In this document: in pieces, positions 1 through 10,068 of the stretch
How the letters are laid out: the number at the start of each line of letters is the position of its first letter
How positions within the stretch are numbered: the stretch's first letter is position 1
Source of the DNA: Asterionella formosa
Taxonomy: Eukaryota
Assembly: GCA_002256025.1 (NCBI GenBank)
Contig: NKIB01012883.1
Coordinates: 1-64,000 of the forward strand
Reading direction: 5' to 3'
Length of the DNA stretch: 64,000 nt
Notes under the pieces: model-generated
What the model saw: the letters and a program-made list of their open reading frames with translations, nothing else
Told to the model about the DNA's origin: nothing
Databases searched by the model: none
Made by a program: the position numbers and the translations under genes

Positions 1-731
1 TTCAGATAATATATAGATATATTCAAGTAAGCATTTTGATGTATTCAACTAATTCATGTGATCCATTCAAAATCAACTAGGCTTATTTACGTGATGGTCA
101 CTTCACGTAATACGCGGCTTAGATGTATTATAGAATATGTCTACTTGATGTACAACGGTTATGTACAAACTACTCGGGATATGATCCGTCAAGAAATCAT
201 GGAGATATTGTTGTTGCGGTCAATCGCCATGTTGCTTCCACCGATTTTCTATTTTAACTATTTCGCAAAGAATATCAAAGCTACGTGTTCGTTTCTTTCA
301 CTAATTGCTAGCGACACGTGTATTCTATCTAAGAAACTAATAATAGTGTTAAGCAGTTGTACAAAATCGAAAATTAATAATCATTTAATCATGGTAATGG
401 GAAATTTCTCATGTTCGTTTGATTCATGAGCGATTGTATAATTCTTATACCCGGTATGTACCAGTAGGCAGAGAGCATTCATTTTATACATATAACCGTA
501 TGTGCATGTAGCGCTACTGGTATACCGGTATGTATTCCCGGACGTCTGCACTCATTGGCGGGGGTCGACTACCGGTATCATGTTCTTTGATCCCTTGCCT
601 TTGCCCGCATCTGACCCCGACGGAATCTAGCTCTCCGGTAAAACCCCCCAATTTTTTTGGATTGGGGGTTTTCGATTGGGGGAATGAGTTTGACCATAAA
701 ATAGTTCCTGCCAAATCAAATTCTAGCATAA

Positions 732-864
732 TAGTATTCAAAACGATCATGCCACGAATGAAACATAACCGTTTTCCGAGCTAGCCAGATTAAATGTTTT
801 AGTATTGGATCTACAGGCGTGTATATCCGAGATGTCCAAATCGTCATTTCGGCAGTTTTACCGC
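732..864. repeat. Dispersed ~133 bp repeat, copy A (copy B at 23833-23964)
   Basis: Aligns by eye with copy B: TAGTATTC-AAACGATCATG.CACGAATGAAA.ATAACC ... AGGCGTG..TATCCG.GATGTCCAAATCGTCATTTCGGC...TTTACCGC. Confidence 0.9.
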
Positions 865-1150
865 GATTTGCAGATTCGGGCTACTATGAATTCTGTGTGC
901 ATCAATGGGGACAATCAAGAATATAAGGGAAAGTCCGAATATTCAGAATATTTGTCAAAATCTCTTAATCCAATACTCCGCAAACTAAACTTTCGTGGCA
1001 TGTCATTCGACGTTCAAACAAGCAGCCATGATCGAAATATGGGTCCCGTGCGTTACCTGGTGACCAGGTAATGGTGGGCATGTTAAAAGCAATCCCGGTC
1101 TATTTATTATTGCAGATAGTATGCTAGCAAGGTACCGGTACCAGGTACCA

Positions 1151-1219
1151 GTCATTTCGCTTAAACTAACATTTAAATCTGGGATAAAGACAGCTAAATC
1201 TTTAGTTTCAGCAAAATTA
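1151..1219. repeat. Dispersed ~65-70 bp repeat, copy A (copy B at 12252-12315)
   Basis: GTCATTT.GCTTAAA ... GATAAAGA.AGCTAAATCTTTAGT.TCAGCAA.ATTA is shared by both copies. Confidence 0.85.
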
Positions 1220-2227
1220 CCGTAACTTCCACAAGTATCTACCAGGTATCGTGTTTTACTACCTCTGTCTGGAAACATTTGTGTTGCAAGAAAAAAATCA
1301 ATCAATTGATGATGTTTGACAGTCTGATAGAGGCAGTGCAGGCTGCATTTGTTTGATCCAAAACTAAGAAATGTTTCTTTCTTAACATAAAAAAGGATTT
1401 AGTCAAATTCTGTCATCAACTTTATTCTATCTAGTGTTTTGGGTGTGAAATCAATGTTTCCAAACATGCTTAAAGTTTTTAAAGATAATGTCTGTGCCCC
1501 GAAAATTGACGATATTTCCGACATGACTGAAAATATTTTCAGTTTCGTAAAATTTAAGCCTGGAAAAATCAAGTTTCCGATGTGGTAAGACACGATATTT
1601 GGTAAAATCGCAGGATAAATTTGATTCACATGTTAGTTTCCAGAGTGTGAAGCACTGGCCTAAAGAAATGAACCTGATGGTAGTATGTAGGCGAGTCTAG
1701 ATGTAACTCTTACTCAGTTTCTGTTTGTTAAAAAGCTTCATACTCCTTTCAGCAGGTGGGTTGTCTTCCTTAGTACGTAGTAGATTCTTACTTGTTATTA
1801 GTACTCCTCCCTAGTAGTACCACTTAGTTTTTCTCTGCTGCTTCTAGCTAGCCTTCCTGCTAGATAAACTTATTGAACTTCCTGTTAATTCACACACTTT
1901 TTCCTCAATAACCAATAATACGATCAACATATAAGTGTCAGAGCATCAAGCTGGCAGCATGGCAAATATTGTTGATATCTATACTGGTAAGAAACAAAAA
2001 ACGCAACAATCAACCAGTATGTTCTTGTTTCCAACTCATCATCTAGAAGTGAGATGGCATATATTCTTTTTGATTTCTATATCATTTTGTTAACATTGTG
2101 CTATTATTTGATAGTTGAACACATCACTACATGTTCCAGAACTGAGGTTTCTTTCTGCTCCATCGCACAGTATCTGCATCCTTCTCCGCCCTACCTTCCT
2201 GAAATCCAATAGCCCAGTCTGTGAAGA

Positions 2228-3010
2228 GTGACCTTCCAAAGCAGATTGTCTCTGACTAAAGATTTATTATGGATCTTGGATTTCAAAAACCGGAACCTCT
2301 TGCTAACCGAATTCACGGAGTCCTCCAAAGTACCAATCAACTACTTGTTTGGTTGCCACAACTACTGCTCTGAGTTAAGGTGTCCTGTAAAGGCTGGAAA
2401 AAGTGTTAGTAACAGAAAATATCATGACATGGAAAAGGAAACGAAATTATATGAATGGTTAAGAAAAATGTGGCAGCAAAACTCGAAGGAGAAAATCTCC
2501 TTTCATTGTATCATCCCTTCAATACACATATGAATGAGGGAATAAATGATGCAGTGTTTCGACGATATCCAAAGAACAATGTGTTTGCAGGATCTGGTGG
2601 ACTAAAATACAGAGTGGCATTGGTTGCCGGACAACAAACACAAGGAGCTACAAAGTACAAGAATGATGTATACCAACAATGTGGAATGGAAATGTCCCAA
2701 CTGCAAGAATCCTTCTGGAAATAGAAGGAAAAGTGACAGAGCAATGGTGCAGCCTACAAAGCACAACAATTCAATTGGAAAAGGAAATGAAATGAAAAAA
2801 TACATGCTGCACAATTTGAAACTGTTAAACAAGAAAGGCACAACTACAAACCTGGAAAGACTTTTGGCTCTGGGGTGGCTTTATTAGAAGACCAAGATCA
2901 GGAGGCCACAACAAAGAATGCAAATTCGCAATGCAACCTTTGTGGCCGGAATGATCATCAGAGCAAAAGCAGTGCACTCTGTCCATTCTTTCAAGGCAAA
3001 GCGAACAATT
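2228..3010 (+). mobile_element. Decayed Mutator-like (MULE) transposase, C-terminal part, frameshifted
   Basis: Successive frames give YLFGCHNYC..RCP, HPFNTHMNEGINDAVFRRYPKN...LKYRVALVAG (NE-x2-N...PK motif typical of Mutator-like transposases) and a zinc-knuckle-like CNLCGRNDH...LCP; multiple stops and frameshifts. Confidence 0.6.
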
Positions 3011-3219
3011 ATAGTACTTGGGGTACCGTCATAGTACTCTACATAGACTTTCGTGTGGAACCCGGGAATCCTGGTACGAGCAAGAGGAACGAAGAAGCTG
3101 TGTTGAACACGAAATTATTAGCTAGAGAATGATCAGATCGCTTTGTTGACACACTCATGACAGCAACAAAGGAAGTGAAGATCATTGCTCACTATTATCC
3201 TAACAGGTTGAAGGATAGC

Positions 3220-3651
3220 ATGATGAAATATATCCTGTTGCTATGCCTGATTTGCAATAAGGTCTCGTCCTTTTCCCCGGTGTTGACTAGGACGACACTA
3301 TCAAAGATTACCGACTCCAAAATGGTGTCCTCGACGGACGAAAGCTCGCTGAGCTTTATCTCTAAAAAGTCATTTGCAAGCGCACTTACCACCGCCGTTG
3401 CCACGTTTTCATGCGCACCATTGTCGTTGGCTCTTGATGACTTCTACAGCGGTTCCCAGGATATTGAAGTTGCGGATTTGCCTTCTCCGTATGTCCCCGT
3501 CCTTTTCGGATTTGCATTGCTTGGAGGCGTTGCCTTGTTAACTGGAAGTCTTGGAGATGTCATGACCGAAGAATCCTCGCTTGGGCTGCAATCTGGTGCG
3601 AGAGCAAAGAAGGAAATGGAGCGCACTCGATCCTCTTACTTCAAGAAGTAA
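3220..3651 (+). CDS. Small plastid-targeted single-pass (probably thylakoid) membrane protein
   Basis: Signal peptide MMKYILLLCLICNKVSS-F, S/T-rich transit region, second hydrophobic AxA-ending stretch (FASALTTAVATFSCAPLSLA), one TM helix (VPVLFGFALLGGVALLTG), basic C-terminus. Confidence 0.7.
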   Translation: MMKYILLLCLICNKVSSFSPVLTRTTLSKITDSKMVSSTDESSLSFISKKSFASALTTAVATFSCAPLSLALDDFYSGSQDIEVADLPSPYVPVLFGFALLGGVALLTGSLGDVMTEESSLGLQSGARAKKEMERTRSSYFKK

Positions 3652-3798
3652 ATTAGGACGATCAGGAGATAGGGTACTGGACAGTCAAGAATTACATATT
3701 ATGAACGACGACGGGATTATACGAATGGGCACCCTAGCGACATACCGGGTAGTCTACATACATAATTGAGAACGACACTATGTATCGCAAACATTTTA

Positions 3799-5121
3799 TT
3801 ATTCCTTGCTGTTCGACTTGGTTCCCAATCGCTCAGGATTAGCACTAGGGTAGTAAGGTTGTTGTGACCCTAGTGTACTCGTCGCCCTCCCCGCTCCAGC
3901 GCCACGGATGGGGCCTCCACCTGGACGCGGTACATTCGACAGTGACGAAACTGAGGGTCCGTGCTGTCTTCGGGCCGCAGCAATAGCAGCGACGGCAAGA
4001 GGTGGTTTGACAACAGCAAGACCTTTCGGTATTGGAGCCTTCGAAAGGCCACCGGGAGGTGGCGCGGGGCGAATCTCTACCGGAGTCGAATCTCCGGTTG
4101 AGTCATTTGATTCAACGCCTCTAGATACTTTTCGTTCATCGGCTGGATTGCCTCTCTTGGGAGCACGAGCCCACGCGACCATAATAGGATGATCGAGCAG
4201 GGTCTGACGATTCATCGACATGATCGCCAATTCCGTTGCTTCAGGTTGTGTAAATTCGACAAATGCTTGCCCCTTGTCAGTTTGGGCCCTTACACTAACA
4301 ATCTCGCCAAAACTGTAAAACTGATCTCGAATCGCTTCTTCCGTCATGGAGGGCCAAGGTCCATCGCCTTGAAATCTTACATACAGAGTCGCCCTGGCAT
4401 GCTCAAATCCCTCCTCCTTATCATCGCCATCGCCACCATTCGCCTTGCGTTGTTCGTCTTCCTTGCGCTTCATCCGAGCAAACAGTTTGCCAGCGACTGG
4501 ATCGTTGGTGCCGAAAAATCTATCTTTTGTATTCTGTTTCGCCATTGGGTCATTACGGTCCGTTGGCATTTCGTGTCGAAATGGGCAGTTGTCGCCTCGG
4601 TTGCACTCGCCGCGGGCAAAGAAGGAGCACAGCTTGGCCATATTTCGTTCGTATCGAGGTTCCATGCGAGCCATGGACTGCAGCTGAGCATGTGCAAGCT
4701 GGTTGGCGTCTCCAACCGCATTTTGGCCTTGTTCCAAGAGCCGCTCTTGCTGAGCTGTATACCAGGATCGATTCGCATTAGACAGAGGAACAGCTCCGGC
4801 AGCACCTGAAGAGCCCGAATCCCTCAATATTTTGTCTCTGACCTTGACAGGAAGACCGTACTGAAGATCGTAAATGCAAACTTGACAGACATTTTTCGCT
4901 TGAGCACATGTTCGGCAGATTTCCACCTTTTTCAAGCGGCCCTTCGTTCCAGCCTGCCATGCAAATACGGTAAATGGAGCTTCGCAAATCTTGCACTTTT
5001 TGCCGTGGGATTCCTTTGTCATGCGAATGTAGGCGTTGTCGCCGAGGCACGTTTCGCACACGAGTGGAAATTCGGTGGATTCCCATTTTTGCTTGACATC
5101 GTCTCTCTTGATAGACGCCAT
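3799..5121 (-). CDS. RBM22: Pre-mRNA splicing factor RBM22 (Cwc2/Slt11 family)
   Basis: WE..EFPLVCETCLGDNAYIRM, CQVCIYDLQYGLPV zinc region, CCCH finger CSFFARGECNRGDNCPFRH, RRM (GQAFVEF), Pro/Gly-rich tail with PYYPS; single 440-aa ORF. Confidence 0.95.
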   Translation of the reverse strand: MASIKRDDVKQKWESTEFPLVCETCLGDNAYIRMTKESHGKKCKICEAPFTVFAWQAGTKGRLKKVEICRTCAQAKNVCQVCIYDLQYGLPVKVRDKILRDSGSSGAAGAVPLSNANRSWYTAQQERLLEQGQNAVGDANQLAHAQLQSMARMEPRYERNMAKLCSFFARGECNRGDNCPFRHEMPTDRNDPMAKQNTKDRFFGTNDPVAGKLFARMKRKEDEQRKANGGDGDDKEEGFEHARATLYVRFQGDGPWPSMTEEAIRDQFYSFGEIVSVRAQTDKGQAFVEFTQPEATELAIMSMNRQTLLDHPIMVAWARAPKRGNPADERKVSRGVESNDSTGDSTPVEIRPAPPPGGLSKAPIPKGLAVVKPPLAVAAIAAARRQHGPSVSSLSNVPRPGGGPIRGAGAGRATSTLGSQQPYYPSANPERLGTKSNSKE

Positions 5122-5366
5122 GCTTTCCTAATCGCCGATGGATGATGGATGATGGATGATGCCTTCTTTCTGGTGTCTGTTTCCTTGCTGCCTATTGGTT
5201 ACCGACCGAAGATAGTTGCAGGGTAAGAGCGGAATGAAGTGCTCAAAGTCGATGAAGGAATAATTGAAACCCATTAATAATATTTTAGGCAAGAGTGTGT
5301 TGTATACATTCAATTTGTTAAATCATATACGCATCACATACATACTGCGGTCGAACCTGGTTGGTC

Positions 5367-5570
5367 CCCTGGTACCAGGGTACCAGTACCGTATAATGGA
5401 ACTCTGGCTATGATCCTGTAGCAGGACCCAGTACCTGGTACCAGGGTGAAGGAAACGGTACGCACTCCACACTACCGGTACCTGGTACCAGGTACCGGTA
5501 AGTAGGAGTGGTACCCTGGTACTTATTACCTGGTGGCGTACCAGGTACGTACCTGGTACCAGTACCGGTA
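5367..5570. repeat. GGTACC/ACCGGT/ACCWGGT palindromic array in the RBM22-GEN1 divergent intergenic region
   Basis: Dense array including a perfect 28-bp palindrome TACCGGTACCTGGTACCAGGTACCGGTA at 5473-5500. Confidence 0.9.
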
Positions 5571-6111
5571 TACACTCAATAGGGTCTGATGTAGCAAGGA
5601 GTGAAGGACAGGCGACAAAGAACTTCTTGGAATCAGCGACTAAAAACAATTGCTGAGCTTGGTATTTCTGAAATTTATGATACCGTATGCATCTTTTGCA
5701 AAATTAAAAAATGTCGTCATCCTGTGATCGCTCCAAAACTAATCTGTCCAAAGTTACGAAGTATATACCCCTGTGTATGGTATGTACGGCTCAAGCGAAT
5801 ACCTACAGGTATTATACACCGGATAGTAAGATAGGTACGGTACTCCTACATATAATTGAAGACATATGACATACAGTACCTGGTACCGCATTTTATCTTA
5901 CATACCGGTAACTAAATATTCTATTTTTTGTTTTTGTGTGTAGACACATCATTTTTGTTCCACAACAAACGAAAGTTAATTTCAGTTTCAAATATTGAAT
6001 TTTAGATACCTGGTACTCCACCGTATAACGACTTGGCAGTATTAGTAGTAACCACGATTGTCTCACTTTTTTGAAGTTGTATGCAACGTTATTTACTATT
6101 CTCACTTCACC

Positions 6112-8754
6112 ATGGGAGTCAACTCACTCTGGAAGGTACTGGAAGAAGCTGAGTGCGGTAGAGCCGTTGGTGCCGAAGACCTAGTGAACCCAAACCTTCA
6201 CCTAACGAACCCATTTAACATCAACGATAAATCCACTATCAAGCGACAGACCCTTGCTATTGATCTTTCGATTTGGATTTGTGAAGCCCTCACGCAACCC
6301 AAACTAGCTGAAAGCAATGCGCAGCCAGTGATTCACTTAGTATACACTCGGACTCTCAAGTTGCTACATCTGGGTATCAAACTTATTGGAGTGATCGAAG
6401 GAAAGCGTCGTGTGATGAGCACCAACGAGGAAGACAAATTTCATAAACGGCGAAGTGGCAACAAATTTTGGAAGGCTTGCAAGGCATGTGAGGAGCTGTT
6501 AGGCATCATGGGAGTTCCTGTTGTCAAGGCAAAAGCAGAAGGAGAAGCTCTCTGTGCTCTTCTGAACCAACGGGGAATCGTCGATGGTGTTATTTCCAAC
6601 GACGGGGATTGCTTGTTATTTGGTGCCAAAGTAGTGTATACCAGATTCAATATGGCGAACTTAAATGATGGCCAGGTTATTCGTTATGATGCATCGCACT
6701 TGAAAGCTATCGCCAACTCAACTGACAAGGAGACCGAGGGACAAGCCCTTGAAGGAACCGCACAAAAGCATATCAAATTTGACCTTAGCCGAGAAGATTT
6801 GGTCGCGTTCGCACTTTTAACTGGAAGCGATCTTGCCGGCAATGGATTTGACAAGGTGGGTCACAGAAAGGCTGTTAGATTCATTTTCAAGAGCAAGCAA
6901 GACAATCCTTTCACTCCAGATACAGCAGCAACCGATGAGCTCAAATCGTGGGAACGTGCTGCGAAAGTGAATGTTTGCACTAGCACAACCGAATCATCAA
7001 CAAAAAGGAGTTGCTGCACCATCTGTTGTCACGGCGGAAACAAGAAGAGCCATCTTAAGCACGGCTGCGACGCATGCGGTACCGGGCCTGGGGAGCCATG
7101 CCTCGAGTTCAGCCGAGGTGACCGTTTCCGAAAGTCACTCCGAAAGAAGGCGATGGCAGCGAATCCTCGCTTTGCTCCATCTCAGACAGTTGATTCCTAC
7201 ATGAGACCCAACGATAACCAATTACCATTGGTACTCATGAACACTTCATCGCAGAAACTTCGCATGAAAACTCCAAGATTGCAAGATATGATGAAATCTT
7301 CTTTCATAGTTAAAGGCCTAAATTTGCAGTCGAGCTGTGCGTATGTAATGGAAACCTTTGGGCGATTGCTCGCTCGACGGGACCTATTCGACGACAATGA
7401 GGATCCGGAGAGAATAAGCAGGATGTCGCTTAGTGGTGAGCGACCTATTCCAATCAAGATCACCAAAGAGTGCGTGCGAAATGGACAAAAGTGCTTTGAA
7501 ATCACTTGGTGTGTCACCGGTACTATGACAGACCCAGAAGGCAACGATATCGATGGCTTTGAGTTCAATTCAATGGAATCACAGTCCATGTTCAGGAAGT
7601 ATGCTGACATCATTGAAGCCTTTCAAGAATCAAAGAAGGCGCTAGCGAAGCAAGGTGATGCAATGAATAGAAAAAGAACAGCATTCAAGAGTTCACTTCT
7701 CGGAAAAGGGACCACTCCCGTCAATGATGGTATGGAATTCGCTGAAAAGGAAAAGAAACGTCCTAGAAAGTCCCAGAAACCAAAAAGGCAGACTACCTTC
7801 TTTGAGAAACGTTCCCTTAACCAATGCCACGATGGTCGACCTATGCAAAGGACACCCCAAGGACAAGGAGATGACGTCGGTTATCTCATGTTGGCCATTG
7901 GAAATCACGAGACTCAAGCTGTCATTTTGCCCAGGGTGAAAAAAGCTCAGACGACGATAATTGACTCCGCTGCGGACGAAGCTATTGACGAAATATCCTG
8001 CGATTCCATGAGCACAATTTCCCTTGTAAGCGAAGGAGAACTGAAACAAGGAGTTTGTATCATTAAGGGAGTGAAAACAGCAAGAGTGCCCGCTGAAGGA
8101 TATTTAGTCGTAACAAACATGACCATCAACGAACAACGTCCCTCAACCCCCATGCACATGATCGATGGTCAAATCAATTATCTCGAGAATCCATATGATG
8201 CTGACGATCTTAAGACTATTGTGTCAACCATCTTCGACGAATTTCGCGGAGTTGTTCTATTCAAAAGGCAAACGCAGCCATCACAACAATTTCTTGTCTC
8301 GCTTCCTGAGCCTGCCCTTTCCGATGGGCACATGAGAGACAACAAATCTGTAGTTTCACATTTGAGGGATGAGTTTCATTTCGATCGGAATTGGAAAATT
8401 TCGACGAAAACACAGAAAGATCCCTGCTGCAATTATTTTTCGCACGAAACGCTGTCTTTTGTACCGCCTACTAGTAGTAAGCCAATTGCATCAACGGAAT
8501 ACGAATTTCCACCAACACCAGTTCAAGTCTATGAACACTTTCAATGCGATGGATCGAGAAATATGATTAAATTTTTCTCCCCACCTCAAGCTTACATTCA
8601 AGCTCCATCTTATCATCCTTACTTGACACCTTTTCCTGACAAGTCAACCCGACCTCGCTTGACTGGACAGAACCAAGTCTTGGTTGACATGGGAATTCAA
8701 ATCAAAGTCTCTCCGCTGGTAGGACCATGTCGACTTAAGATACAAAATCTGTAA
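6112..8754 (+). CDS. GEN1: Holliday junction resolvase GEN1 (XPG/Rad2 family)
   Basis: MGVNSLW N-terminus, AIDLSIWI, VIEG, EGEALCALLN, DGVISNDGDCLLFGA, LTGSD, Cys/His insert CTICCH...H...GCDAC and chromodomain-like IKITKECVRNGQKCFEITW as in animal GEN1; ATG at 6112. Confidence 0.92.
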   Translation: MGVNSLWKVLEEAECGRAVGAEDLVNPNLHLTNPFNINDKSTIKRQTLAIDLSIWICEALTQPKLAESNAQPVIHLVYTRTLKLLHLGIKLIGVIEGKRRVMSTNEEDKFHKRRSGNKFWKACKACEELLGIMGVPVVKAKAEGEALCALLNQRGIVDGVISNDGDCLLFGAKVVYTRFNMANLNDGQVIRYDASHLKAIANSTDKETEGQALEGTAQKHIKFDLSREDLVAFALLTGSDLAGNGFDKVGHRKAVRFIFKSKQDNPFTPDTAATDELKSWERAAKVNVCTSTTESSTKRSCCTICCHGGNKKSHLKHGCDACGTGPGEPCLEFSRGDRFRKSLRKKAMAANPRFAPSQTVDSYMRPNDNQLPLVLMNTSSQKLRMKTPRLQDMMKSSFIVKGLNLQSSCAYVMETFGRLLARRDLFDDNEDPERISRMSLSGERPIPIKITKECVRNGQKCFEITWCVTGTMTDPEGNDIDGFEFNSMESQSMFRKYADIIEAFQESKKALAKQGDAMNRKRTAFKSSLLGKGTTPVNDGMEFAEKEKKRPRKSQKPKRQTTFFEKRSLNQCHDGRPMQRTPQGQGDDVGYLMLAIGNHETQAVILPRVKKAQTTIIDSAADEAIDEISCDSMSTISLVSEGELKQGVCIIKGVKTARVPAEGYLVVTNMTINEQRPSTPMHMIDGQINYLENPYDADDLKTIVSTIFDEFRGVVLFKRQTQPSQQFLVSLPEPALSDGHMRDNKSVVSHLRDEFHFDRNWKISTKTQKDPCCNYFSHETLSFVPPTSSKPIASTEYEFPPTPVQVYEHFQCDGSRNMIKFFSPPQAYIQAPSYHPYLTPFPDKSTRPRLTGQNQVLVDMGIQIKVSPLVGPCRLKIQNL

Positions 8755-8774
8755 ATTAAAAAATGTATACAGAA

Positions 8775-9524
8775 TCATGCTTTTTTCGGAGCTACTTGTT
8801 TTTCAAACAGAATTTCTCCCGTTGACGATATCACGTGTGAAAAATATTTAATAGGCAATATGCCCTCGTCGTTTACCCCTGCAGTCAATATCACACCATT
8901 ATCACTTCGAAAGAAGGCTATCCTATCTTTCGAGCACTTTTCCCCATCTAGATAGATATAGATAGTGCACGTTTTGCGCATGCCTGATATAACTGAGTTG
9001 TCGTATTTAGGTAGGCCCGACGCAAAGTGAATGTGATTGCGCTTCATCCTCGAAAGGCCCTGAGAGAAAATGTGTTTTTCCCAAGGTTCTTGGTATGTTC
9101 CGTGAACAATGGTGAGTGTAGCTAGTTCTTCTGGTTTTATCCGAGTTAAGAGGGCCTCGGGATCAATTCCTGAAATTGAATGTCCCTGGTTGGCTCGGAT
9201 GTAAGTGACACCATATTCGTCTTCCTTGATAGAAAATCGCCGCTTTTCATTCGATTCTACCATGGCACGAATACCTTCCAAGTCTAATCCTTTTAATCTG
9301 GCATGCTTGTGCTGGAGAATCTCGAGGATAGGCACATATCCATCTGAAGTCATTGTGAGTCCTAACTCTGGCGCAGCATGTCGGAGAGCCCAGCTCAAGG
9401 CCCGAGAGCATCTTTCCTCGTTTGACTTTTTGTTGCGGAGATCACTTGGTTTCCTGGGGTTTCTTTTGATTTCGCTATTGCTCTTTGGGCTCTGGTTGGT
9501 TCTACCGCATTCGTTGGTTGCCAT
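8775..9524 (-). CDS. TPT1: tRNA 2'-phosphotransferase (Tpt1/KptA)
   Basis: SRALSWALRH, SNEKRRF, IRANQGHS, HGT, GLSRMKRNHIHFA, SGMR, SDNGVILT motifs. Confidence 0.95.
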   Translation of the reverse strand: MATNECGRTNQSPKSNSEIKRNPRKPSDLRNKKSNEERCSRALSWALRHAAPELGLTMTSDGYVPILEILQHKHARLKGLDLEGIRAMVESNEKRRFSIKEDEYGVTYIRANQGHSISGIDPEALLTRIKPEELATLTIVHGTYQEPWEKHIFSQGLSRMKRNHIHFASGLPKYDNSVISGMRKTCTIYIYLDGEKCSKDRIAFFRSDNGVILTAGVNDEGILPIKYFSHVISSTGEILFEKQVAPKKA

Positions 9525-10068
9525 GGTTGTTGTGTGTTAGTGTCAGGTTCAGATAGACTACAGGGTAATAACACTATCTTCATAATTGTGGTGCTTGATA
9601 TTGTCATCACCTTCACCAGATACAGGTGGTACCAGGTACCCTGGTACCGGTATCACGGCATCTGACATTGTGATACACTTTGCTTTGCACACTTACCAGT
9701 AAATAAAGAGTTGACTTCGTATCATGTGTTCACACTACAGTGCACTCGTACCAGGTATGTCACCTTTATACGTTCTACATACAGGATTGACAAGTGGTGA
9801 TACCGGTACACTCTCAAGGATTCTCCTTCCTTGCTTGCTTGCTGTTTGACCAGGAATGTCGCGTCACACCACAGCAGATCGTCCTCGCCTCTTATTTATT
9901 AGCTGCATTTCATTATGGATGCTTGGCTGATGCTTGAATCAAAACCGTTTGTATGTAGAGTGATGAGTGATCAACGTACCCGTATGACATTCATACCGGT
10001 AGTTCATTTGGGTTGCAGAAAGAATTGATATCCTAAAAAAACTCGACTGCCGATAGGCAATTTATCAA

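Noticed and set aside
58..429. 123-aa ORF at the window start
   Set aside because: GTG start, AT-rich, no motif
4189..4809. 206-aa plus-strand ORF (and similar antisense ORFs such as 39473-40072)
   Set aside because: Antisense shadows of well-supported genes
5323..5649. ORFs rich in VPGT/WYQVP/RYLV peptides (also 33940-34212, 38199-38480, 50945-51133 and the N-terminal extension of the FMO ORF)
   Set aside because: These are translations of the GGTACC arrays, which happen to lack stop codons; not proteins
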